64,000 bases of DNA from Salpingoeca rosetta (lineage: Eukaryota; Protista; Choanoflagellata). The notes under the pieces are model-generated. The model did no database searches. It was not told the DNA's origin and saw nothing but the letters and a program-made list of their open reading frames with translations. Position numbers and translations under genes: made by a program. Positions 1 to 35,186 of this stretch are shown one piece after another (the first letter of the stretch is position 1; each line of letters begins with the position of its first letter). The stretch spans positions 406,040 through 470,039 of the forward strand of contig JAWQFM010000021.1 in the NCBI GenBank assembly GCA_033442325.1, read 5' to 3'.

Positions 1-22401
<22,401 letters not shown>

Positions 22402-22747
22402 GCTTTGCTGTGTGTCGCTTGTGCTGTGGATGGCCCACACCCGCAGGCTACCACGTAGCCAGCTACTGCTGCCACTGCCAACGAGTCAAAAATTACTTCT
22501 GAGGGGAGTTCAACAACCAGTGCCGTCAGCAGTACCGGCAACACATCACAACTTCAGTTGAAACAAGCGCGTCTGACTGTGTGGCTTGGGTTCTCTGATG
22601 ATGTGACGGCTGGTTCCGGATGCTTGCTGTGCGTGCCTGTTACTACTTTGCTTCGCTTGCTGTTGTTGATCCCTTCTTGATGGTGCGCCTTGTTTGTGTG
22701 TGTTTGTTGGCGATTTGCTGGTGCAGAGGTCAATTTTCTTTCGCACA
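22402..22747. promoter_or_regulatory. Putative bidirectional promoter between BLTP2 and STK19
   Basis: 346 bp between divergent predicted start codons (22401 minus, 22748 plus). Inferred from gene arrangement only. Confidence 0.5.
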
Positions 22748-24300
22748 ATGCCACGGAAACGGCCAAAGCTGCAGCTCGCAGGACTGAGCGACGACGATGA
22801 TGGCGGTGGTGGTGGCGAGAGGAGGGACGATGAAGGCTTACTGAGAGGGGTGGCAGCGGTGGTGCGGAGAGGCCAAGAGGACGAGAGCGCAGCGGGAGAA
22901 AGAGAAAGAGAAGCAGCGAGTGGGGCGGACGATGCTGAGCGGTTGCCTGGGCAAGAGGCCTTTGACAGCATCGCGGACTTGTTCCCAACACAGTACGTGT
23001 GCATGGATGCGGGGTGCTGTGTCGACAAGTCACATGGGCCAGGCGATGACCCTTTCTTGTTTGCGTGTGTGCGTGTGTGCGTGTGTGCGTGTTTGCGTGT
23101 GTGCGTGTGTGCGTGTGTGCGTGTGTGCGTGTGCGTTGTGTGGTTTCGTGTGTGTGTGCTCTTGTGTGTAGGTGCTTGTGTGCGCGTGATTGTGTGTGCG
23201 TGATTGTGTGTAGGTGCTTGTGCACATTGTGCACACATGCCTCCGCGGTACTGCACTGATACTGCTTGCTGCACTTGCGAATGCAGGTTTTTCAGCAATG
23301 TGCTGCCACCAGTGGTATTACAGCACCAGCTCTTTCATAGCGGCGTCGACCCCGGTGCCGTTGAACGATTTGTGGTGAGTGGGATCGCCTGCTGTGCGCA
23401 TCTTCTATCTATGCCTGTGCGTCGGTGGAAGAAGCGGAAAGAGCAACCGTTGTGGTTTCCTTCCATCACAAACGCTGTTGTACCCATTGCACTGGCCTGA
23501 ACTGCGGTGCTGTTGTTCAGGATGAGAGCTTGAAACGAGGAACCTTGCTGAAGTTTGAATTGGCGCGTCGTGATGCCGTGTGCCTCGTGCGCAAGCGCGG
23601 TAGGCGTGCCGCAGTTAGAGGGCAGTGGGACGTGCGCATTCTTGACGAATGGCTATGGCTGTGTGTGTGTGTGTGTGTGTGATGGCTTCCTGAAGCGCAC
23701 GTATGCACGCGCAAACCCACACACAGACACCGACACTTGCACAAACTCACTTACTCACACTCACTTACTCACGCCCACACACACACACACACACTCTCTC
23801 TCTCCCTCTCTCAATAATTTGCCCTTATGCTCACCTCCTCGCCTTTCATTTCCCCTCCCCATCCCTCGTCAGATTATGTTGCATGCCTTCGCCGCCGGTT
23901 TCATCTCAAAGGGGCGGTTGACGCACAGGCGCAGAGCGCAAACGAGGGTGGCCGTGACAAAGCCGAAAGCACAAGCGTCGCTCAGAAGGGTGCGGCTGTG
24001 CCGGCTGCTGGCAGGAGCATACAGGACCTGGTGGCCACGTTCTTGCAACGTGTCACTCTCACAACACTTCTCGACAAGGTGTGAATGCGCTGTCCACTTT
24101 GCACATGTGTGTTCATTGGTGTGGGGAGCTGTGATTGTCTCAGGAGCAGCTTTGGGCCTCTCCCGTACTTCTGACGTTCTCTGCATGCCTGTGTATGTCC
24201 GTCTCACAATTGCCCATCTCTCCCTCTCACAACTACCACTTCTCTCTCTCTCTCTGTCTCTGTCTCTGTCTCTGTCTGCCTCCCTCCCTCCCTCTCTCTG

Positions 24301-24393
<93 letters not shown>

Positions 24394-24625
24394 GTCTCAC
24401 ACGGGGCGCGATGCACAGGCCATGCTGACGGCACAAGGGTTTTCTGTACTCGACATTCCACGACTGGTCCAGGCGGGCGTACTGCGCATCATGCCAGGTC
24501 GTGCGAAAGCAGAGAGAGGCCTTGGGTGGGAATGGGGCTTTAGAACTTTGGAGGTTGCGCACAGGGGCGGAATGTGGGCCTTGATGTCGCTTGGTTGGGA
24601 AGGTGAAGCGAATCCATACACAATA

Positions 24626-24668
<43 letters not shown>

Positions 24669-25193
24669 ATGACAGGGTCGGATGGGCTGTTCTCGCTGGG
24701 GCTGCCAAACCTGGGCACGTTTGCAAAGGAGCTGCTTGAAGGGCGGAAGCAGCTGCTGGCCACCATCCGGCGCAAGAAGTACAAGTGCGTGTGCGCCATT
24801 ACGTGGGCCGCGATGCATACAAGCGCTTTTGTCTGCGACGGGGTTCCGGCTCTGCAAACTCACATGCACACGCACGTTCATGTACACAAACAGTTACATG
24901 CACACGCACGTACATGTACACAAACCTTTGCACGCACGCACGTACATGAACGCAAACATATGCACATGTTCATGTACACGCGCATTCACATGTCCGCATG
25001 CCTGCGGCACTGCAGAGAAGCGCTGCGGGTGGACTTGGAGAAGGTGGCGTTGAAGGAGACACGCCTGCCTGTGCAGTACCACGTGTTGGACGTGATGGGG
25101 TGTTCCCACATTCGCGTGTCGCAGACCACGCGTGGGCCAATGCTTAGGGTTCAACAACACACAGCTCAACGTGCAGTGGGCGTGCATCATTAG
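22748..25193 (+). CDS. STK19: STK19 / winged-helix repair factor homolog, multi-exon
   Basis: MPRKRPKLQL (NLS-like start), then exons LPPVVLQHQLF, DIPRLVQAGVL, FSLGLPNLGTFAKELLEGRKQLLATIRRKKYK and RLPVQYHVLDVMG...SQTTRGPMLRV. These match the recalled STK19 C-terminus (VPGAGRFIK...GRQAVLSMVRKAKY...YHVHDLIG...TTSGTLLRL). Confidence 0.85.
24302..24387. repeat. (GTCT)n microsatellite, intronic
   Basis: gtctgtctgtct... run inside an STK19 intron. Confidence 0.95.
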
Positions 25194-25206
25194 CATGTAT
25201 GTGTGT

Positions 25207-25301
<95 letters not shown>

Positions 25302-25901
25302 TCTGGCTTCGTGCAGGAGAGAGCCCGTGGGGAGTGAAGGTCGTACAGAGGCTTGGGTATCGGTGTACTCATGTCAGACAGAACACCGTGCATCGCACGG
25401 CATAAACTATAGAGCTTGTAACAGCAGCACGAAAGCTGCGGCTCGCAATGTATGTACACGTGTGACGTGAGGCAGTTGAGGAGGAAGCCTTGTGCGAGAA
25501 GAAGTAACCGTAACATCACCAGTGTAAAGGACAGTAGGGAGGGAATCGACTGACAGCAGTGGTCATGGTGATAATGGGCAGGGCAGCTGGTTGAGCAGGG
25601 CTGCAAATACACACACGTCGACACACACGCAAGTGCACGCACAAGCACACACACACACACATCCACATCCACACACACACACACATCCACACACATCCAC
25701 ACACACACGCACACATCCACACACACACACACACACACCGTTTCTGCTCAATAGGAAGTTTATAATGCGTTGGTTCCACGACCCTCACATCTACACATCC
25801 ACACACCATACACATCCACACACCATACACACACACACACACACACACATCCACACACATCCACACACCACACACACACACACACAGAGCACAGCATTCA
25901 T

Positions 25902-26252
25902 TCATTCGGCCATGTGAAGGTCCAGGGACGGTCCGTCATCAGAGGCAATCCAGGAGGACGCGCCAGCCACGGTGAGAAGGCCTCCGGCTGCCGCGGCGAT
26001 GTATGCCAGTGCATCGTCGCACTTGCCCAGCACGGGGATGAAGTCTGGGATGATGTCGATGGGAAGCTGGAGGTACAGGAATGCTTCTGCGGTGATGAGC
26101 ATGCCCAGGGTCATGCACAGGTAGCCCGGGTCCACAGCCACAATGTCCATGACATCTGTGATGAGCAGGGACTGGTACCACAGCACTGGCGCCGTCGCCA
26201 TGAACATGATGCAGCCCACCTGCTGCATGAACCCTCCAACCAACCCAGACAT
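25902..26252 (-). CDS. Small intronless membrane protein with DUF1232/YkvA domain (116 aa)
   Basis: MSGLVGG...AFLYLQLPIDIIPDFIPVLGKCDDALAY matches the YxxxPxDxIPDxxPxxGxxDD signature; flanked by hydrophobic segments. Confidence 0.8.
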   Translation of the reverse strand: MSGLVGGFMQQVGCIMFMATAPVLWYQSLLITDVMDIVAVDPGYLCMTLGMLITAEAFLYLQLPIDIIPDFIPVLGKCDDALAYIAAAAGGLLTVAGASSWIASDDGPSLDLHMAE

Positions 26253-26818
26253 TGTGCTTGGCTGCCGTGAAGGTTTGTTTGTGTGTGCTTGCGTGTTGTC
26301 TTGCGTGTTGTGTTGTGCTTTGTTTGTGTGCAATTTGGCTGTCTTGCTTTGGCTTGTGCGAATGTCATGTCACGCTTTCTTTCGTTCCCAAGTGCCCACA
26401 CGCACCATCCTGCCGTTCCTCCCATTATCCCCACGATCGCTCAGCTCCCCAAAGCGCCCATCATCTTGGCGCCTCCTCTCTCTTGTGCTCTGCAGGACCA
26501 AGGTTATGTGTTTCATCGTTTCATTCCTTCATGTGCATCAAAAGGACCGCCAGGGCGTTGTGTGTATGTATGTATGCACAAGCAGGTAGACAAGTCTCTT
26601 AGCCCCTTTCAAAAAGGGTGTGTGAGAAGCAAGAGATAAGCTGAAAGCACGCAATGAAGGGACACTTAGGAGCAAGGACTGTGCTTCGTCAAGAAAGGGG
26701 AGGAGGAGGAGGAGGAGGGTCGAGGGGTGGTCATAGGTTGAAACCGGGCAAGGAAAGGAAGAAAGGAAGGTCATGAGAGCATGATAAATGGCGGCAAGTG
26801 TATCAATCAATCAATCAA

Positions 26819-26861
<43 letters not shown>

Positions 26862-26867
26862 GCAAGT

Positions 26868-27764
26868 CTAGTAGGTGGATGATGATTGGGCAAAGGGGAC
26901 GTGTGTCGGCTGCACCAAACGACAGGCGGCCAGCTGCGCAAAGTGGCTCACGTCCCAGCCTTGCACGCGTGCCGTGGAGGCAACCCGCATGTACAGGCTT
27001 GTATCGACGCCTGGCATCTCCTCCTTGCACACAATGGGGAATGCCGGGTAGAGGCTGGCCATGTACTCCAGCAGCGCCGCCATGTCGGTGCAGCCGAGCA
27101 AGTGTTGCACGGCCTGCACCTGTGCCTGCGACAGGCCCGTCTCCAGCATGGCTTCCAGCTGCTGCGCTTGCTGACGCAAGATCGCAGGCGCACACTCGGC
27201 AAAAGCGTCCGGGCAGTCCCCGGCCGTGGAAGAGGAGCACGCCGACGAGAGAGCGCACCACGCTCCTTCCACACCGGAGGTCATGCCGTCGTAGTTGGCG
27301 TGCCCATGCGGGGCTGGGGATGCGGGGCAAGAGTAAGGCCGGGGCGCACTCGAAGCATCACGGTCCTCGGCGAGAGCTGTGGCGAGATGGGACATTGACG
27401 CACACGACGACAAGGGCGTGCCGGGCCTTGCATTGCCTTCTTGGTCCTGATGGTGGTCTTGTCCCTGTGCTTGGTGTTGTCGCTGTTGCTGGTGTTGTTG
27501 TTGCTGGTGTTGGGCCATGAAGGTGTCCTCCAGTTGTGTGAGCTGCTCCTGAAAGGCCTCCTCCAGCTCGGTGGCGACGGTGGACATGGCGAACGTGTTG
27601 CGATCGAGGAGGAAGGCGGCAAACATGGCCCGCGTCGTGTCAAAGTGTGGGGATGCCAGCAAGTGGTAGGCGTAGGTCTGCTCCCGCTGTTGCTGTGGCA
27701 GCGAAGCGTGCCCGTCTTGGTCTTGGTGCGTAAACGTGATTGATGGCATCGCTGTTTCGCACAT
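26868..27764 (-). CDS. Intronless hypothetical protein (298 aa)
   Basis: ATG-initiated, GC-rich ORF free of dinucleotide repeats, with a Q/H tract typical of host proteins. No family recognised. Confidence 0.65.
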   Translation of the reverse strand: MCETAMPSITFTHQDQDGHASLPQQQREQTYAYHLLASPHFDTTRAMFAAFLLDRNTFAMSTVATELEEAFQEQLTQLEDTFMAQHQQQQHQQQRQHQAQGQDHHQDQEGNARPGTPLSSCASMSHLATALAEDRDASSAPRPYSCPASPAPHGHANYDGMTSGVEGAWCALSSACSSSTAGDCPDAFAECAPAILRQQAQQLEAMLETGLSQAQVQAVQHLLGCTDMAALLEYMASLYPAFPIVCKEEMPGVDTSLYMRVASTARVQGWDVSHFAQLAACRLVQPTHVPFAQSSSTY

Positions 27765-28959
27765 GGTCAGAGGAGCACAACAGAAAGAGATCCGAGAGAT
27801 CCGAGAGAACCGAGAGATCCGAGAGGCAGGAGAGATGGGTGTCTCAGACGTCGGGAGGGTGCTTGGCCGTCAAGTGTGGGATTGTTCGCTTGGTGTGCTT
27901 GTTCTCTCAATGTGGTACGTCGCTCGCTGGCTGTTGAAAGGAGGGGGAGAAGCGTGTGCTGGGAGGCAGAGGAGGACGCGATGGAGGGTTGAAGGCTTGG
28001 TCGGAGGGAGATGGGGAATGTGGAAAATGAAGCTACATGCTGAGGAAAGGGTTGCACACACCACCAGACCACCAAAAGCCGCAGCTTTGTGAACAGAGTA
28101 ACACAACACACAACCAGCATGCAGAAGAGAGCGCAGCGACAACAACCGCACACGCACAATTGTCATCTAGCAACGTCGCAACATTTTAGCGGCTGTTGGC
28201 GGCAGGAGCTAAACCTGCAGAGCCGAGCCACCCAACGCCGCCCCAGCGCCATGCACCAAAGCCACAGAAGTCACAAAGGAACAGCCATGATGTAGACGTT
28301 GCGTTCGCGATACCGCCAAACCAAACGAACAGAACGGGCACAATGGTTGGTTTCGACATGCAGTGCGGCTCTTGTTGCGACGTGCAGACGTTTGTGTGCG
28401 TTTAGAGGTGACCAATGTTTACCACTTATTTCCCCATCACACCATGCACATCATGAAGAAGTGAGCACCAACTACATGTGTGATGAGATGCAAATTTAAC
28501 ACACAAACTTCAAACGCCGCACCCAAAAAGCTGCACGCCAGCACCGAAACACTGACGCAAGGCTTCTGCGATTTTCTGGCTGGTCTGGCGTGGTTGGGGG
28601 GCAGCCAGTTGTTGCTTGTTCCTTGCGTGCGCGGCGCGTGTGCAGCGTTGCGTGGCTGGTTGGTGCTTGTGCAAGCGGCGTTGCTTGACATGCGACCACG
28701 CTGCGTGCATGCTGCCTTCGCTCTGCTTCGGCCAGGCTGCATGCGCGCAGGCGCGCGCGGGGGGCGTGTTTGTGTAACAACAAAACCAAACCTTTGGCGA
28801 GATTTCCAAGAACAGTGGCAGCTGTTCCCACGGGCGCGCGATGCAACGTTGGGTGCGGTTGGGTGCTTTGAGGGGTGTGAACCTGAAAGTCGCCAAAGCC
28901 ACCACAAGAGTCGTCAAGGTATATTGTCTGCGTGCATCTAGGTTTTACGTCGCCAACCA

Positions 28960-29380
28960 TCAGCACTTCCGGGCAACGCGGCCAACGTGCGGCGTCCCTC
29001 CTTGCACATCCACGAAAGCAATTTCGAGTGTGCATCTGGTGAGTGTGGCTTTCATGAAGCCGTGCATGCCGCGGCTGAACTCCACGCCCACGCCCGCGTT
29101 TAAGTCTCCTCGTGCCTCTGACTTCAACTGCCAAAGAACGCGCGCGTGTGAATGTGCGTGAATGCGAGTGAGTTTCGGGGATGCAAGTGCACGCACCTGT
29201 CGGAAGGAATGAGCCACTCGTGTGCAGCCGAGGTTTTATTTGTGGTTGTGTGCATGTTTGCGTGCAAAATCATGTGATGTGACAATGTGACGACGAGCGA
29301 TTGGATACACTAACGCGAACACATGCGAAAACACACACACACACACACACACAACACACACACACAACACACACACACAC

Positions 29381-29420
<40 letters not shown>

Positions 29421-29717
29421 TTACTTGTGGCTGTGTCTCATAGCCTCCGCCGCCAGAGACAAACAGGTGCAGCTGCTGCCCTGATGCCGACGAAGCTGCC
29501 ACTGCCGGCCTGTACACCAAATGTTGCAGGCTGTGATCCTGCAGTGTGTTGTATTATGTGTGTGTGCGTTGTGTTGTGTGTGTGTGTGTGTTGAAGTACA
29601 CGCAGATGTCATGTCACACAAACCCTTGAACCAAAACCAATACCTTCCGACGTTACACAGCCGCACACACACACACACACACACACACAAGACACAAACA
29701 GACAGACAGACAGACAG

Positions 29718-29760
<43 letters not shown>

Positions 29761-30226
29761 GACACAAACAGACAGACACACACACACACATAACACACAC
29801 ACACACATAACACAACACACCACAACACAACGTACGTGGCCGTTGAAGTATGCTTGCACGCCATGCTTGACGAGCCGAGGAAGCAGTTCGTCAATGAGCT
29901 CAGGGGTGGGCCCGTTGCCGTGGAGGCTGAAGATGCTCCAGTGGCCGACAACAAGCTTCCAGTCGGCCGCAACAGCAAGCTCGCGGTCCAGCCACGCGTA
30001 CTCCTCCTCCTTCTCTTCCACACTCAACTGCTCAGTTGAAGGGTTGAGTAAGCGGTGGTGGTGGTGGTGGCGGCGGTGTGTGTTTGTGTTTGTGTTGGTG
30101 TGCGTATAGGAGAAGGGAGGTGAAAAAAAAAGGGGGGGGGGTGACACGGTGGTGGAGTTTGTGACTTGATTCAAGTCAGCGAACAAGCGGGGGAGCAGAT
30201 CAGAAAAGAGCAAAGCTGAGATTATT

Positions 30227-30283
<57 letters not shown>

Positions 30284-30590
30284 CACGAGCGTGCGTACAT
30301 TGGGAAGCATGCTGTCCTCACAGCGAAAGTTGCTCATGCTGCCACACACAAGCAAGCACGTGTCCAAGTACAGGATGCGCACAGTGGCACCTGTTCATGT
30401 GGGGTGAAATGGGCACGCTGTGTTACATGTGAAATGCAGAAACAGGGCACGCACGCAGGCACAGTCCAACAAGAGATGACTGCAAGTGTGTGGACGGACA
30501 AAATGTACTCACGTAAAGGTCAAGCGCAGAAGCAAGACACGCAGACACAGAGATACACGCAGACACACACACACACACACACAGATACAC

Positions 30591-30673
<83 letters not shown>

Positions 30674-30686
30674 TACACGGACACAC

Positions 30687-30735
<49 letters not shown>

Positions 30736-32098
30736 CACGCATCCCACGAGCATCCACGTCGTCGCACCTCCAACGACAAACTGTTCAGCATAGTAGCGGG
30801 CGGGCATGTGCCATTGTGGGGAAAGGGATGCGACATCCAGCATGGCAGCCACGCTTCCACGGCAGTCTGAGCGCGCGAATTCACACAAGCAATATCAAAG
30901 ACTGTGGGCATACCATTGGCGCCTTGTCTGTTCCCGCAACGGTGGGCACAGGCGTGTGGTTACCCGCAGCACACACACACACACACATACACACACACAC
31001 ACACACGAAGGCGAGCGACTAGGTACACAGAACCCTCCTCCCTTGTTTCCCTTGTCTCCCTCTCTCTGTCTCTTTGTCTCGCCTGTTCATTTTCATGCGT
31101 ACCGTGGTTGCCTGGAATAATGTGCCATGGCACCTGCAGCGAAGGCGCCGCGTAGGGCGTGAAGAACTTTTCCTGGATCTGCGGGTCCTGGTCGCTTCTG
31201 ATGCCATTCGAGTAGATGATGTCCCCCGTTGTCATGACAAAGGACGGCTTGTGTTCCTCTGCGGCATGTGTCAGGGTCGCAGCCACTTCATGCTGGTGAA
31301 AGTCAAACCCTGCGAGTGAGTGAGTGAGTGAGTGGGTGGAGCTGGTGTAAGGTCACAACACAACATCTGAACCTACACGGTGCCAATTGAACAGACGCCC
31401 CCCCCCCAACACATACCCATGAAAACACACACAGACACACAGACACACGTACACACACACACACACAGACACACACATACACATACAGACACAGACGCAC
31501 ACAGACACACAGACACACACACCAACCTGGAACGACGCCTGTGCCAAAGTCACCAATGACAAGAAATCGGAGCTCATCGTCATGTGTGGAAGGGGGGATG
31601 GAAGCGGGCGGAACGACGCGTGGGTATTTCCGATCAACGCCTACATCGTATATGTGCGTGTGGGGAAGGGAGGGGGTGGGTGCGTCGGAGGTGGAAGAAC
31701 AGTAGAGAGCAGGGAGCGGAGGGAGTACAGGGCGAAGAAGAACCAACGCAAACACAGACACAGACACAGACACAGACACAGACACAGACACAGACACAGA
31801 CACAGACACAGACACAGACACAGACACAGACACAGACACAGACACAGACACAGATACAGACACAGACACAGACACAGACACAGATACAGACACAGACACA
31901 GACACAGACACAGACAGACATAGGCACAGACGAAATACACACAAGCAAATACAGACAAGACAGACAGACAGACAGACAGGCATGCACACACACTCACACA
32001 CACTGACCTGTGGAGAGAAGGCGCAATCCATACAACACCAGCACCAGTGTCACAACCACAGCCACCGCAGCCCGCACCACAACAGTCTTCCCTTCCAT
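28960..32098 (-). CDS. Purple acid phosphatase (tartrate-resistant ACP5/PAP-type metallophosphoesterase), multi-exon, N-terminal signal anchor
   Basis: All five metal-ligand motifs recovered after splicing: LVIGDFG (~31550), TTGDIIY (~31220), IIPGNH|D (~31105), LVVGHW (~29945), YFNGH|DH (29840/29540). Also [20 protein letters not shown] and a final exon [10 protein letters not shown]...FVDVQG ending at TGA 28960. Confidence 0.9.
31753..31915. repeat. (CAGACA)n hexanucleotide repeat, intronic
   Basis: About 27 copies of cacaga/cagaca in intron 1 of the phosphatase. Confidence 0.93.
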
Positions 32099-32370
32099 GG
32101 CTCGCGGCCTATCGCGAATATCTTCAAACAACTTTCCACAATCCAATCCAGCACTTCGCGCTGGCGTTTTTCCCACCACATCCTCCCCATATCACCACCA
32201 CACAACAAGGAGTCATCATCACACCTCACGCCACGCTCGCTCAGCACAAGCACAAGCACAAACACAAACACAAACACACAATCACCAAAGCACAAAGCAC
32301 AAGACAACCATCTCTCACCACCTCCCTCCGTTCTCACGTTGGCGCCGCTCGACTTGGTTTTCACCAAGCA
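32099..32370. promoter_or_regulatory. Putative bidirectional promoter between the phosphatase and the RTK
   Basis: 272 bp between divergent predicted ATGs. Inferred from arrangement. Confidence 0.45.
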
Positions 32371-34513
32371 ATGCACAAGTCGCGTCACCGCCAAGGAGGC
32401 GGGCGCGGCGCGCCACGTTGTTGCTTCAACCCACGAGAACTGCACCAGGCAAGATCACGCCCATCAACAGCAACACAACCACTGCCCACACAAACACACT
32501 CAGCGAGGAACCGAGAACACAGCGTTGTGGGCTCCCGCTTCTTACGTGACAGCGTCACTGGGTCGCTGTCATGCGCCACAGTGATCGTGCTGTGCTGCGT
32601 GTTGGCGGCGCCCCTTCTGCTGCCAGCCGCACAAGCACAGGAAGGAGGCGAACACGAGAACCAAGTCCCCTGCTTGATTGAGACATCAACCACAGTCGCG
32701 CCACGCGTGTGCGACTCCGTGATTGTCCGCGTACGCGATGGTGCAGATGATGTGGTCACCACCAACCTGACACAGGTGAACGGCAACATGACGCTCGTGC
32801 TCGGTGGCAACTTCCAAGGCACATGGGGCTTCCCAGACCTGATTTACGTGGGTGGCCAGATCTCCTTCGAGTACGACGGCAGCCCGTCGGAGATCCAACC
32901 CATGGGCGGCCTGACACTGGGAAGCGTCGACGCGGGGCCTCTGCACATCGGCGGCGGCATCAACGCACAGCCAGTGGATGCCAGCGACAACTCCCACCTA
33001 CGCAATCTCACCGTGCCCTGCCTCTTCTCGCTCGGGTCGCCAGAGTTTGCCATGCGCGTCAACAGCGACAGCACCATGACGTTTGTCGCGCTGGCCCTTG
33101 GCCAATCCTCCACCACCCCGCTGCGCGTGCTCATCAACGCCAACGATGTGGATCGGCTCCCCGACGACCCGCTGCCGACCTGCCCACCGCTGCAAGTGTA
33201 CGGGCACATCAAGCTGGATAAGCTTTCAAATGCAGACGTTGTTCTCGGCCACCTCCTCCATCTCGACGGCAATCTCAACATCAACAACGCCGCCACCACG
33301 ACACAAGTGCGCGTCGTTGTTCGCGACGGCCCACCACCAACCCGCCCCGCAGAGCAGTCCCTCTCGTTTGCGTGGCCGCAGATGGTCGTCACCGGGGCCG
33401 TGCGCTTTTCGCCCGAGACGGTCACCACCAGCGCCGCGTCCATCGTCACCGTAGACGGGCTTGCATCCGCCCAGGGTGTTGCATATGGTGCAACAGTCAC
33501 CGCCTTCACCGTCTTTGCCATCAACGGCGGTAATGTGCCACGCAGCAGTGTTGTGCAGGACTTTCAGGGCGGCGACTGCAGCTACCACGGCATCAAGATT
33601 GGCGGCGCGTGCACTTGCTGGGGCTTTGCAGCCGGTCCAACATGCGCAGACACAAACGGTGCGCTTGTGTACTTTGTTTGTGTGTGTGTGTTTGCTTGTT
33701 TGTTTGTTTGTTTGTTTGTTTGTTTGTTTGTACTTTTGTGTGTGTGCAAATTGCGTGTGCGAGTACGTGTGTTGTATGTGTTATATGTTCGTTGCTCATC
33801 CCTGTTGCTCTTCCATGTCTCACTCCCATGTCTCCTCGTTTCTCTTTGCTTCTATCCTCTCCTCCTTCCCTCCCCCTTTCCCCCGACAGCCCCGTCTGCG
33901 TGTCTGTTCTCTGCTGCGATCCCGCAGCTCTCGGGCAAGTTCTTCACTGTCGCCTCCCGCGCCCTCACACATGACGCCCCCGCCATCGCCGCCAGGCCCA
34001 TCGCTTTTCTCCGTAGTTAGTTCGTTTTGCAGTGCACATGTGCGTTTGTGTGTGCGTGTTTATGTAGCTGGGTGGACGAAGGGCGCGTGGGTACTTCCGC
34101 GACCGTCGCACACACACACATACACACACACACACACGCACGCACACACGCACACACACTTCCACACACGCACAATGACACACACACACACACACGTCCA
34201 CGTCACCCTCCCTCATCCATGTATCGCCCGATCGTCCGTTCCCCTCGCAATACCAGACGCGACCAACGGCACGTCGCGCTACCACTTGATCCCGCGAGTG
34301 ACAACGATGCGTGTGGCTGCCGAGAATCGCACGTCCGTAGGCTGGCACCTCACCAGCGCCGGCCTTGACGCAATCACGTCGGATGAAGCGCCAGCACACC
34401 TCATTGCCCGCACCAGTGGAATGCTGCCGTCACTTCTCCTGACACCGCCTCGCACGGCCTGGTACCGCGCCGCCGACACCACGTATCGCGATGATAGTGC
34501 TGACGATGATGAT

Positions 34514-34572
<59 letters not shown>

Positions 34573-35110
34573 AATTGAGGGAGAACGTGATGGTGATCCG
34601 CGCTGGCAGCATGCGCGCGCGTCATTGCCTGCACGCATCCTTGAAGGCACGTCGTTCGGGCCCGTTCGCCCGAACGGCAACTGCCCCGCGCTGTGCACGC
34701 AGTGCGAGACACCGACATTCTGTGTCAGCGGCGAAAATGTGTGCTCCGAGACACTGTCCGATTGCGGGTTTGCGAGCTTCTGCAGAGACGCGAGTGTGTG
34801 CGGCGGTGTGGAGCAAAGGGCAAGCCCTTTGGATCCAACGTGCGACCTCATGCGGGACGCGCCAACCACCACAACGGCAACTTCCACATCATCAGCTGCA
34901 ACAACCACAACCACAACCACAACCACAACAACAACCACAACAACAGCAGCGACTACGGTGGCAGGCACAACTACAGCTCCAGGATCGACAACGACCACAA
35001 CCACAACGCCTGCCGCATCCTCCAATACGCCAATGACAACCACAACCACAACAACCATCACAGCCACACCGACGACGATAACCACAACAACAACCAGCAG
35101 TACTACAACC

Positions 35111-35153
<43 letters not shown>

Positions 35154-35155
35154 CC

Positions 35156-35186
<31 letters not shown>

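Noticed and set aside
27830-28955. ORFs of 100-210 aa between the orphan gene and the phosphatase
   Set aside because: No recognisable motifs or splice pattern; better explained as 3'UTR and promoter DNA.
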